Shown here: positions 1 to 8,491 of the stretch, one piece after another | How the letters are laid out: every line of letters starts with the position of its first letter | Numbering within the stretch: the stretch's first letter is position 1 | IMG/VR virus record: IMGVR_UViG_3300029438_000229 | Coordinates: 1-64,000 of that record | Origin: a virus | Length of the DNA stretch: 64,000 nt | Reading direction: 5' to 3' (one strand) | Translations under genes and position numbers: made by a program | The notes under the pieces: generated by a model | Database searches by the model: none | Told to the model about the DNA's origin: nothing | Seen by the model: the letters and a program-made list of their open reading frames with translations, nothing else

Positions 1-139
1 AAAAGGGCGGACCTCCTGTGATTAGGAAGTCCGCCCTTAAAGCGAAACTATGAATTGTTGTACGAAAGATATTTTTCTTTCCGTGTGAATGTTATCTATC
101 GTACATCTTTCATTCTATGCAACTCGCACAACTTGGCAA
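1..139 (-). promoter_or_regulatory. Promoter-leader-terminator cassette, copy A (transcribes leftwards out of the window)
   Basis: Minus strand: -35 TTGCCA (134-139), 16-nt spacer with GCGAG, -10 TAGAAT (112-117). Then TGTACGATAGATAAC, hairpin GAAAGA/TCTTTC (64-81), TCGTACAAC..TTTCGCTTTAAGG. Ends with hairpin GGGCGGACTTCC/GGAGGTCCGCCC (5-36) plus T-run (1-4). Confidence 0.7.
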
Positions 140-487
140 CTGTTCATTTTGCGTGGTGCAGTGTTTTTTCGCTGCGGCGCACAATTGCTTGATGTCAGCG
201 GCGGAGTATCCAAAGTCGAAATACGCCATCGGCAGCTTCTTGTCATCGTGCTGCCACTCGCTGCGCAGAGCAATCCTGTCTTCATCAGCATAAACGAACA
301 TGTCCGGAAATTTCGTTACAATCTCATGTAGCGCATCATCGCCGGTGTCGCTGAAGATATACCTGTCTGTGGCGTTTGCCATCAGTCTTACAATTTGCTG
401 CAAATCATCCGGTGAAAACGAATAAGTCTTGCAAGTGTTTAGACAGTTCGCCAGCAGCGTTTCAGTATCAATTTTCAGACAACACAT
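110..487 (-). CDS. Hypothetical protein (125 aa)
   Basis: ORF with GGAGA 6 nt upstream of the ATG at 487. Own GCGAA-type promoter at 526-553. No family recognised. Confidence 0.6.
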   Translation of the reverse strand: MCCLKIDTETLLANCLNTCKTYSFSPDDLQQIVRLMANATDRYIFSDTGDDALHEIVTKFPDMFVYADEDRIALRSEWQHDDKKLPMAYFDFGYSAADIKQLCAAAKKHCTTQNEQLPSCASCIE

Positions 488-525
488 ATGGATTCTCCTT
501 TCGGTGCTTGGCTTCTACATTTCCA

Positions 526-553
526 AATATACTCATTTCGCACGAATTGACAA
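526..553 (-). promoter_or_regulatory. GCGAA-spacer promoter (short leader)
   Basis: Minus strand TTGTCA-attcgtGCGAAatgag-TATATT with a 16-nt spacer. Confidence 0.6.
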
Positions 554-584
554 CAAAAAAGAGCCCTGCATTTCTGCAAGGCTC
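554..584 (-). terminator. Intrinsic terminator closing the 4899->585 transcription unit
   Basis: Minus strand GAGCCTTGCA-gaaa-TGCAGGGCTC followed by TTTTTTG. Confidence 0.65.
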
Positions 585-1068
585 AAATGGAACGAATCGT
601 GTGTCAGCACAATTCATTCTGATAGCAAGCCATCCTCGTGGAGGATGTCAAAAACCTGCTACCCGTCGCTTCAGGATGACCCTGATTGACTACTCCTCTG
701 CACCGGGAGTGAAGTCCAACGCCGATTCTCAGACAAGAATCACCGATATGGCGTTATACGAGCTCGGCATATCACCTAGGTTATGTATTCCCTGTTGGTG
801 CCCTCGTACTGGCGCAATGAGTGCTCACTGTATAAGTACAGCTTCTTTCTACAGCCAGAAAATTCTGGTGCAGGACGTCCCATTGCCGACTGTCCTGACT
901 TTTGAGATATAGCCTCATATTGCAATCCATCGTTTTGATAGAGCTGGTGTGACCCGATGGTGGATATTCAGTCACGCTCTACGTTGCCGTTAACCCAAGC
1001 AATCTCGGAACACCTTTTTTAGTACCTGTATCGTTCAGGAGGCAAGTGCTGCCTAAGGGGTGGTGCGG
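585..1068 (-). ncRNA. Candidate large structured non-coding RNA or 3' UTR (family unknown)
   Basis: About 480 nt lie between the stop of 1069-1386 and the terminator at 554-584 with no convincing ORF or RBS. There are many local hairpins: CCAGAA/TTCTGG, CAGGAC..GTCCTG, CTGTA..TACAG, nested AACGCC(..GATTCT..AGAATC..)GGCGTT, and CATCCT..AGGATG. Confidence 0.3.
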
Positions 1069-1386
1069 TTAGACGCGACCGAGGCTCTTGCACCCCACGA
1101 TGCGTCCTTCCGCGTCGCGGATAGGCTCATTGGGGATGAAGACATCGGTACGGTCCTTGCACCGTGCGGCGACGAGGCTGCTCACGATGAGCAGAGTGTC
1201 GTCGCGCTGGGCGGGAAGGTTCTGCACCTCGCCGTAGACGGTGGTCGTCAGCGGGATAGTGGTCCCGTTGAAGTCCACCGAGCCAGCATCGGCAGTCGCT
1301 GCGGAGACGCGAGCGACTATGCCGGAAGGCTCGATGGTGATGCCGGCCACGGTCACGCTATGCGGGGTCAAGTTGCGGATGTACAT
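1069..1386 (-). CDS. Hypothetical protein (105 aa)
   Basis: ATG at 1386 is preceded by AGGAGG. The longer ORF-track extension to 1644 has no RBS. Confidence 0.6.
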   Translation of the reverse strand: MYIRNLTPHSVTVAGITIEPSGIVARVSAATADAGSVDFNGTTIPLTTTVYGEVQNLPAQRDDTLLIVSSLVAARCKDRTDVFIPNEPIRDAEGRIVGCKSLGRV

Positions 1387-1463
1387 GTGTGACCTCCTTC
1401 GTTGTCTGCAAAACAAAAAGCAGACAGTTACAAGTTTACGCAACTCGCATAATGCGTCAACAA

Positions 1464-2135
1464 TCACTCGGTATCGGCAACGCCCATATAGAGATGGTAG
1501 GTGGCGTTTGCCGTCTGGCAGACCCAGTGATTGTAGAACGAATTGTACGGCTCGGATGTGACAACATCTTCGTCCGCGTAATAAATAGCAGCCTCGCACC
1601 ACGAAGGACCATCCTTGCGCGGGACGCAGCGCACATCCATGCACATACCATCGGCAAAGGTAACGGACTCGAACTCAATCTCGTCCTGCTTTTTGCCTCC
1701 GTCGGTGTACTGCTTGATTTCGTTCATGCGCTCTTTGCTGATAACAAGGCGCTCAACAAAAACCTTACGAAAATTGGTGAGATTCTCATAGGTGGCGCAG
1801 ATACGCATGATTGCGCTTGCCAGAGAGTGTACGGAACCGATGTCATAGCACAGGGCCGTTTTGTCGAAACAGCCGATACCATGACCCGTCCAGAAACCGC
1901 CCTCAAACAAATGGATGGAGGCGGCGTAGCAAGGACAGGCATCGATTTTGCAAAGCTGGATATCAAGCGTGCAGCCATTGTACATACTATCTACCGCAAC
2001 CCGGCAAATTTCAAAGATTACTTCGGAAGGAACTTTGCCGCTGCCATCCCAATAGGTGGGATTGTAGCGGGAAAGATACATCTCGGCAATCTGCTTTGCG
2101 TTGTTCTCGGTCATACCGATGGATTGTTTAAGCAT
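1464..2135 (-). CDS. Hypothetical protein (223 aa)
   Basis: Long ORF with AAGAGG upstream of the ATG at 2135. Confidence 0.65.
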   Translation of the reverse strand: MLKQSIGMTENNAKQIAEMYLSRYNPTYWDGSGKVPSEVIFEICRVAVDSMYNGCTLDIQLCKIDACPCYAASIHLFEGGFWTGHGIGCFDKTALCYDIGSVHSLASAIMRICATYENLTNFRKVFVERLVISKERMNEIKQYTDGGKKQDEIEFESVTFADGMCMDVRCVPRKDGPSWCEAAIYYADEDVVTSEPYNSFYNHWVCQTANATYHLYMGVADTE

Positions 2136-2184
2136 TCTTTATACCTCTTTTCAGATTGTCAGCACATATTAGATGCCTCTGGCA

Positions 2185-3225
2185 TTACGTGGTCGGGTTG
2201 GTCCACAGAACCTTCTCTCCAGCCCGGATACGCGTGATACAATCGATTGGAAAAACGAAGACATCGAACATATTGGTTCCCTTTTCAACCTGTTTGATGA
2301 GGTTGGGATGCTTGCAAACAAATCGCTGAGTGTCTTCCGGCTTTGCGAAGGCGCTGATACGAGTCACGGAGATTCCTTTCCTGCGCAGTACATCCGCATC
2401 GCGAATAAGGTGGCTGGGACAATCCACTTCGAGATGCTCACCCATTTTCTTGTCGTCAATATAGTCCATGACGAGAGTGACGACTTTATAAGGTTCGACA
2501 GCATCCATCATGCTTTTGCACACATTGGTGATGTCCTTAGGGTCGGCACTGTCGTACTCATAAAACGTAAGGAATAGTTCCGACATCCTATCAATGGCAA
2601 TCAGTCGGGCCATGTAATAAATTCTGGATGCCGTTCCGTTGCTTGCCGTAATGACAGAACTTGTCTCTTCAGCCCAATCCGATGGAGATGACAAATAGTG
2701 AATCACATCGTCATCGTTCAGAGGATACATAGTTCGAATCAGGTTGGAGAACTCATTGCATCGAGTTCCAAAAAGAAAGGCGGAGCAAGCATTGCGGACT
2801 GCTTTATCCACTGTATCCTTATCCTGAAACATTGCGGGGTCTGCCGGAATGTTCTTTCGGAACAGCGGAATACGGATACTGTCCAGTTTCTCGAAGACAT
2901 CCATATCGTCGATGAAATCGCTGCTTTGAAGCAACGCTTTTACGGGTTTGGAGGCCATGTAAATAGTTTTGCTATCCACAATGAAGCCGCCAAATTCCCA
3001 TTTTGCGAATCGTGAAAAGGATGGCTTCTTATTGTCCGACGAATCCCGGTTCTGAACCATAACATAGAGCGATTCAACTTGATGTTCTCTAACCAAAACC
3101 GGATGTTTGAAAAACGAGTAATAGCGGGAAAACACAATGTCACCGCTGCGTTTTGCTCCCTCAAAAAAGGTCATGGTCCAGTTTGAGAGAAAACGAATCA
3201 GTTCCTCAACAGTAAAAGTCAACAT
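2185..3225 (-). CDS. Hypothetical protein (346 aa)
   Basis: Long ORF with AGAGAGG upstream of the ATG at 3225. Confidence 0.7.
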   Translation of the reverse strand: MLTFTVEELIRFLSNWTMTFFEGAKRSGDIVFSRYYSFFKHPVLVREHQVESLYVMVQNRDSSDNKKPSFSRFAKWEFGGFIVDSKTIYMASKPVKALLQSSDFIDDMDVFEKLDSIRIPLFRKNIPADPAMFQDKDTVDKAVRNACSAFLFGTRCNEFSNLIRTMYPLNDDDVIHYLSSPSDWAEETSSVITASNGTASRIYYMARLIAIDRMSELFLTFYEYDSADPKDITNVCKSMMDAVEPYKVVTLVMDYIDDKKMGEHLEVDCPSHLIRDADVLRRKGISVTRISAFAKPEDTQRFVCKHPNLIKQVEKGTNMFDVFVFPIDCITRIRAGEKVLWTNPTT

Positions 3226-3243
3226 AGTTTATACTACCTCTCT

Positions 3244-3549
3244 TTAGATGGTCAGCACAGCAGAATCGAAGTTTTCCAAACAGTCGCAACTCAAGAACTG
3301 CCCTCCACAAATGGGGCACTTCTCAATGTCGCAGCCGTAGTGGTGGTAGTAGCCAATTTTGGCTCCACAATCTCCACAGCGGATATCTTTCTCTTCCGGA
3401 GTACCAACGAACTCTTCGTACCAGTCGCCGGGGTCGCCGACTTTGATGCGCTTGAAAGTTTCCTTGTGTGCGCCTTTAACGACTACGCGCTTATACGAGC
3501 AGCCGTTAGCAGTCAGCATTTCGCGCCCACAACAGTTACATTTTGCCAT
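3244..3549 (-). CDS. Small Cys-rich (zinc-ribbon-like) protein
   Basis: 101 aa with paired Cys motifs (CNCC, CGDC, CPIC, CDC). The start overlaps the stop of the upstream DUF262 gene by 14 nt. Confidence 0.6.
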   Translation of the reverse strand: MAKCNCCGREMLTANGCSYKRVVVKGAHKETFKRIKVGDPGDWYEEFVGTPEEKDIRCGDCGAKIGYYHHYGCDIEKCPICGGQFLSCDCLENFDSAVLTI

Positions 3550-4348
3550 TGTCCGTCTCCCCTTTCAGAAGCTCGCGTGCATGGTCGAGGACTTCCTTTG
3601 CGACAGGCTTACCGCCTTCGTTCAGAGCGAGGAAGACTTCCAGAACCTCTGCACGGGTCGTATTCTGGTCAAGTTCAGCAACACCAATGGAAGCATCCAT
3701 GAACCAGTTTTTATCCAGAACGGAAAGGTCGTTGTAAAATACGCCTTTGTACGGGAATCGGTTCTCGTAAAAAGCAAGCAGGGTCAACATACGCTGCTTG
3801 CCATCGACGATTTCGTAGTAGTTGCCATCGTCGTTTGTGCGATTAAAGGGCAACTGCTTGAAGACGAAACGACCAATTTCGCGTCCTGCGAAGATGCTGT
3901 CCAGCAGTTTCTCTCTGTCCTCCTCATCCCAAACAGAACCGCGCTGATAATCGGGTTTGAAATCAACGCCGAACAGGTAATGGAAGCTGAGTAGAGAGTA
4001 CATGCTACGATTTGAGTAGTGCAGACGGGATAGTGCAGAGTCACGCTTTGCGAAATGCGTGTCTTTGTCGTCATCCAACGGTCGAACACTCGTCCAAGCC
4101 CAGCAAGAATATTCGACATTGTTCTTGGTGGTGACGCGGATGAGATACATTGCGCCATCATCCATCACTTCTTCGACAACACAGTTAGGAAGATGTCCAA
4201 CCTGCACCCTGTCTCCCACAGCAAAATGGTATGTGGGTGTTCCAGAGTTCTTTGCTGCGTTACAGGCTTTCTCGTAAGAGTAGCTATCCTTTACGCGTTC
4301 CTGCGGAGTTTTCTCCCGAGCAATTTCTTTAGTACGGCTTTTTGCCAT
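3536..4348 (-). CDS. DUF262 / ParB-Srx-like nuclease-domain protein
   Basis: Motifs DYQRGSVW....GRFVF....YEIVDGKQR are typical of the DUF262 N-terminal module. GTGAGG lies before the ATG at 4348. Confidence 0.7.
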   Translation of the reverse strand: MAKSRTKEIAREKTPQERVKDSYSYEKACNAAKNSGTPTYHFAVGDRVQVGHLPNCVVEEVMDDGAMYLIRVTTKNNVEYSCWAWTSVRPLDDDKDTHFAKRDSALSRLHYSNRSMYSLLSFHYLFGVDFKPDYQRGSVWDEEDREKLLDSIFAGREIGRFVFKQLPFNRTNDDGNYYEIVDGKQRMLTLLAFYENRFPYKGVFYNDLSVLDKNWFMDASIGVAELDQNTTRAEVLEVFLALNEGGKPVAKEVLDHARELLKGETDNGKM

Positions 4349-4398
4349 GGTAATGCCTCACTTTCTTTTTTGGCGGTCGTTGAGAAACGTCCCAACCG

Positions 4399-4899
4399 TC
4401 AGTTGTTTTCTTTTTCGTGCCTCTCGTCGTCGCGCAGAAGGTCGTTTGCCACTGCTACGGTATCACAGGTGTAGTAGCGTCCGCAGGTGTATTCGCACTG
4501 AGTCAATGTGGCGGAGCAACCGTTGATGCAGCCCATGAAGACATCCTTATTGCCGTTCTCGTCGGTGAAAATGCCGCCGGTCGCGGTGATGCTCTCAACA
4601 TAGGGCAAGCACGGCTCGTCCGTGTCCTCACTCAAGTTCCAGACAATCTCCCAAAAGCTGATGAAGGTGTCATTGTACAAGAAAGAGGGGCGGTTACCGC
4701 TGTCTTTCCGAACCAGTTCTTCAAGGGCATCCCAAGGAACTTCATCTGCAATGAAGATGCCAAATGCGCCACAGGAAAAAACGATTTTTCCAATGTGGCC
4801 GCAGATACGGACATAGTCACCCACATGAAGCTCGTTGTCATTGGCATCGATGAAACCTGTGTCGAAGCCTTTCTGTGCCATTTCATTTGCGTTAGTCAT
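4399..4899 (-). CDS. Hypothetical protein (166 aa)
   Basis: ATG at 4899 is preceded by AAAAGGAG, directly after the terminator of cassette B. The ORF-track extension to 4950 would run through the hairpin. Confidence 0.65.
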   Translation of the reverse strand: MTNANEMAQKGFDTGFIDANDNELHVGDYVRICGHIGKIVFSCGAFGIFIADEVPWDALEELVRKDSGNRPSFLYNDTFISFWEIVWNLSEDTDEPCLPYVESITATGGIFTDENGNKDVFMGCINGCSATLTQCEYTCGRYYTCDTVAVANDLLRDDERHEKENN

Positions 4900-4928
4900 T
4901 TTAATACACTCCTTTTTGAAATTGACGC

Positions 4929-5062
4929 AAAAAAGCGGACCTCCCAACATCGGGAAGTCCGCCTTAAAGCGAAATTGTGAATTGTACGAGCGCAGTCAGC
5001 GCCTTAGTAGAATGGTATCTATCGTACAATCTCAATTATATCCGACTCGCACGAAGATGCAA
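4929..5062 (-). promoter_or_regulatory. Promoter-leader-terminator cassette, copy B
   Basis: -35 TTGCAT (5057-5062), 16-nt spacer with GCGAG, -10 TATAAT (5035-5040). Then ATTGTACGATAGATACC, hairpin GGCGC/GCGCU, TCGTACAATTCACAATTTCGCTTTAAGG. Ends with hairpin GCGGACTTCCC/GGGAGGTCCGC (4935-4962) plus T-run. Confidence 0.75.
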
Positions 5063-5066
5063 ATGT

Positions 5067-5285
5067 TTAATTGCCCTCATGGAAAAATGTATGCGTGAAT
5101 TCCGGATGCCCAGCAAACACCTTCTCAACGACCTGAGGCAAGTCATGGATATCGTCCAGAATGAGCCGTCCTTGTCTATCGCGATACGGTGCCACTGCTG
5201 CGGTTTTCTCTGCAAAATAAGCGTTAAACGCCTCTTCGCTGTCAAATTCCGGCATTAACGCAATTTCCCGGCTGCGGTCCTTCAT
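5067..5285 (-). CDS. Small hypothetical protein (~72 aa)
   Basis: ORF immediately after the stop of 5302-5739. The ATG at 5285 has GAGG upstream. Confidence 0.45.
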   Translation of the reverse strand: MKDRSREIALMPEFDSEEAFNAYFAEKTAAVAPYRDRQGRLILDDIHDLPQVVEKVFAGHPEFTHTFFHEGN

Positions 5286-5301
5286 AATTTGCACCGCCTC
5301 G

Positions 5302-5739
5302 TCAAACGCCGAGAAGCTCGCGTTCTTCGGCAGTCAGTTTATCGAGAACCTTCTGCCTGCGCTTTTCGCGCGATTCCTGCTTGGTGCTGATGATGAAGGT
5401 ATCGGCGTGGTCGCCATTCCGCACAAAGACGGGACGGTCTTTCAGCATATTCCGCATCGCGTCCAAACGCTCTTCCTTTGTCATGTCATACATGCCGGAT
5501 GCGCCGTAAATGGAAATGTTGATTTCATCCTTTTTCGGGGTCTTATCATAGGCGGTGGGGTCTACGGCGGTGAAATAGAGGGTGTAATAGTAGCACCTGT
5601 CGGCGAGCGCCAACGCGATGGTATCGATATTTCCCTCAAAGACACCAAGGTCGGTGATGGAGCGACCCTCGCAGTCACCCTCCGTGGTGACATGCCAGAA
5701 TCCGTAGGCTTTGTCGTAAGGTTTGTTGAATTCAATCAT
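5302..5739 (-). CDS. Hypothetical protein (145 aa)
   Basis: ORF with protein-like composition but no clear SD. Confidence 0.5.
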   Translation of the reverse strand: MIEFNKPYDKAYGFWHVTTEGDCEGRSITDLGVFEGNIDTIALALADRCYYYTLYFTAVDPTAYDKTPKKDEINISIYGASGMYDMTKEERLDAMRNMLKDRPVFVRNGDHADTFIISTKQESREKRRQKVLDKLTAEERELLGV

Positions 5740-5791
5740 TGTAAATCAGGGCAAGGAGACCCGCGACTTTAGGCGTGGGAGGAATTGCCCT

Positions 5792-6512
5792 TCACATCCT
5801 TTCTATTAGATAATTTGTTGCAGGTTCTAATAGCTGCAACTTTTTGAATGAAATACTGTTTGTAACGACAGTGCCATCAAGCTTTCTGAGAGCAAAGCTT
5901 CCTGATGCACGACGACCGGAAACGAAGCACTCTTGCCCCTTGTAGAGAACCTTATCCCAAAGACGATAGCCTTCGACAACATAAGGCATTTGGCTTCTTT
6001 TGCGAATGCTACCTTTTGAGAAGTTTGCTTTATGGGTTTGACGATTGTGATGCCTTATAGCTTTTGTGCGATAGCAAACACTGCATGGTTCAGCAAATGG
6101 ATGCTTGCTGATACAACGGGCATCGTTTACATGGCTTTTCTTGATGTCATTTTTCTCTCGCAGATTCAACCGTAATGTGATTTCCTTCTTGCCCTTTTTC
6201 AACTTCTTTTGGAAGCAGTTTGCCATCCATATCGAAAGCTTCGACAAGACAAATTCCGTTTTTTTGCAAACTTGAAGCAAGTCTTTGAATGTTGCAATAC
6301 AGCTTACACCGGGGATTGCTACAAACAAATCACCAGACAGATGACTTGCAACAGATGCTTTCAAACCACCTTCTGTAATAAAGATAGTCTTTTCATCTTT
6401 TAAAGGTCTGCTCCAAAACAGTGCTGTATTTTTAGCGGAAGAACCGTTAGGATATCCGGCAGATGTTGCCCAACGGTATCGTTGCTGTTTAAGCTCTGAT
6501 GCTTCTTTCCAT
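5792..6512 (-). pseudogene. Chimeric, frameshifted ORF: Toprim N-terminal part fused to an IscB/RRXRR-type RuvC-III + C-terminal part
   Basis: AAGGAGAG-ATG at 6512 opens only a 7-codon frame. The adjacent frame reads ..FWSRPLKDEKTIFITEGGLKASVASHLSGDLFVAIPGV (Toprim). The expected LVEAFDMDG motif is in the -1 frame after an A7 run. From ~6150 the sequence reads KKSHVNDA (RuvC-III-like) plus ..GYRLWDKVLYKGQECFVSGRRASGSFALRKLDG. Confidence 0.5.
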
Positions 6513-6558
6513 TTTTACTCTCCTTGATTTTTGGCTGAAACAACTTGAAATCGCAGTT

Positions 6559-7173
6559 TTAGTTAATATCCCAAATATTCGGGTTATCGTACTTGTTAAA
6601 GAACTGCATAAATTTGTCTTCCGGCATCTGAGCCTCAGCTTTGTCTAGCATATCGCAAATCTCGGTCTGGTTTGTATTCCCATTCAAGACCTTAACATAG
6701 GTAGCACTTCCGGGATTGGCTCCGATAAAATCAGCAATTGCTGTACGGTTGTGTTCGATGGAATTTTTTAGTTCCCACCAACGCCAAGAACGGATGCACT
6801 GAGTCAGCGACATTCCATCCACTGCTTCCCAGTAATCGCCGCTTTTTTCGACGGCACTGTACTCTTCAATAGGATTCATTCCACCATCTTGGAGTGCTTC
6901 ATCAATCATTTCAAGAATCTGGAACGGATAGAGTTTTCCATCAACCTCAACTTCTGCATAATCTAGGTCTTCGTATACCTCAAAGAGAGTGGCTTCTTCG
7001 TCACTATCAAAGGAAAAATCATCATCCTCGACTAATTCCTTCACGAGCTGCGTTTTTCCACTGATGTCAAAGACTTCATGCGTCTGTTTGTTTACTTTGC
7101 AGGGCAAAGTGTGAATACCATCGGAAAAGTGATACTTAACCATTGCATTAACGATATTAGAATTATTAACCAT
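6559..7173 (-). CDS. Acidic hypothetical protein (204 aa)
   Basis: AAGGAGAA upstream of the ATG at 7173. The central part is rich in D/E. Confidence 0.65.
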   Translation of the reverse strand: MVNNSNIVNAMVKYHFSDGIHTLPCKVNKQTHEVFDISGKTQLVKELVEDDDFSFDSDEEATLFEVYEDLDYAEVEVDGKLYPFQILEMIDEALQDGGMNPIEEYSAVEKSGDYWEAVDGMSLTQCIRSWRWWELKNSIEHNRTAIADFIGANPGSATYVKVLNGNTNQTEICDMLDKAEAQMPEDKFMQFFNKYDNPNIWDIN

Positions 7174-7217
7174 TTTGTCTGTTCTCCTTAATTTTTTATT
7201 TTTTTCACCATTGCGTT

Positions 7218-7553
7218 TTAATCAAAAGCGTGAAGAAGCAAATACTCCTTCTTTTTGACTGTGTTTGGATTCATATAATTGCGTGACATCAAAGGAGGAA
7301 TTTCTCGTTCCTCTTGTATAACATCTCCAAACAAAGTCATTTGCCCCGCGATGGGAATATTTTTGTTAGCTTTGCTTCTTTTCTTTCGAAGCCAGATAAT
7401 ATCTGACCTCAGCATATTGAGGACAACGCCATCTGAAACGAAAGATGTTCCATTGCTCCCTTTCAGATATATAGTGTCCCATTTTTTGAAGCACTTTTCG
7501 ATTTCCTTTTGTAACTGATTAAAATCTGTCACATCTGAGTAATCTCTGCGCAT
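7218..7553 (-). CDS. Hypothetical protein (111 aa)
   Basis: ATG at 7553 with GAGGG upstream. The longer ORF-track form overlaps the upstream ORF. Confidence 0.5.
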   Translation of the reverse strand: MRRDYSDVTDFNQLQKEIEKCFKKWDTIYLKGSNGTSFVSDGVVLNMLRSDIIWLRKKRSKANKNIPIAGQMTLFGDVIQEEREIPPLMSRNYMNPNTVKKKEYLLLHAFD

Positions 7554-7557
7554 TTTC

Positions 7558-7836
7558 TTACCCTCTGTATGGGATATTGATAATTTTGAACACCGATTCT
7601 TCTTTTTTTGGCACAGGCGGAAGCGGAATCTGAATATCATCATCTTTTTCTACCTTCTTCGGAGTCATAATAGGAACCATAACATGAGCAGACTTTGCAG
7701 GCTTTACATCGTCTACCCAGTGCGTGACACCGCCAATTTTGGATTGCGCATACAGATAGTCATCAATTCCTTTGTACTCAGGGTCCCAAGTCCACGGAAT
7801 CATTTCAACTCCTTCTTCTTTGGCACTGTTGTACAT
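7558..7836 (-). CDS. Small ORF resembling the C-terminal end of a Toprim/DUF3854-type protein (possible remnant)
   Basis: ..EEGVEMIPWTWDPEYKGIDDYL. The frame stays open upstream to ~7965 (..ENRVVKQSVKDAIAK..) without a start codon. Confidence 0.35.
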   Translation of the reverse strand: MYNSAKEEGVEMIPWTWDPEYKGIDDYLYAQSKIGGVTHWVDDVKPAKSAHVMVPIMTPKKVEKDDDIQIPLPPVPKKEESVFKIINIPYRG

Positions 7837-7879
7837 TTTGGCAATAGCATCTTTGACACTCTGCTTTACGACTCGATTT

Positions 7880-8190
7880 TCACCAGAAGGAGCATTTTTG
7901 TGATATAGCCATAAGCCCTTGGACAGGGATAGGCAGTTCCTCGCGTAATCGAGCCATTAAGGTTTTGCGCATAATGCCCATAAAAGCGGCATCTCGCAGC
8001 GGCTTGCCGCGTTTCTCGCCATCAAGAGATACTTTTCCCTTGTGAAGCGCACCATGGCAAGTAGTACACAAAGTAATAAGATTACTTGGCGCATTCCCGC
8101 CTACCTTACGGCTTTCGAGATGATGTACATGCAGCTTGACAGACTTCTTTGCGGTAGTATGTGCTCCGCAACACTGGCAGCTATAGTTGT
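7880..8190 (-). pseudogene. HNH endonuclease fragment (IscB/RRXRR-like), N-terminally truncated
   Basis: The frame opens right after a stop with no start codon: KRDNYSCQCCG...KLHVHHLESRKVGGNAPSNLITLCTTCHGALH. No RuvC-I/II part is present upstream. Confidence 0.55.
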
Positions 8191-8196
8191 CACGCT

Positions 8197-8469
8197 TTAA
8201 TACATGAGTTCAAAAGTTTCAGGCGAAACGGTGAAAAGGCTGTCTTTCTTGCCCTCCACCAGATATTCGTAGGGCTTGATGCGCAGTACAATCATGCCAA
8301 AGCTGCGAATGATGATGTTGTCGCTGGCGTCGTTACGGACAATGTTATCTGCCTTCCAGCCAATACCGGGATTTTCGGCAATCAGCTTCTTGATGCCCTC
8401 GAAGCTCTGCGCGTTTTCGGGGTCCCACTGGACCGCACGGATGCTGTTCCTTTTGTGATAATTAGCCAT
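8197..8469 (-). CDS. Hypothetical protein (90 aa)
   Basis: AAAAGGAGAA upstream of the ATG at 8469. Confidence 0.6.
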   Translation of the reverse strand: MANYHKRNSIRAVQWDPENAQSFEGIKKLIAENPGIGWKADNIVRNDASDNIIIRSFGMIVLRIKPYEYLVEGKKDSLFTVSPETFELMY

Positions 8470-8491
8470 TGTGATTTCTCCTTTTTTGGTG

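Noticed and set aside
376-912. 178-aa plus-strand ORF across the 585-1068 non-coding stretch
   Set aside because: It has no SD, overlaps the 5' end of 110-487 and the terminator and promoter at 526-584, and has an implausible composition.
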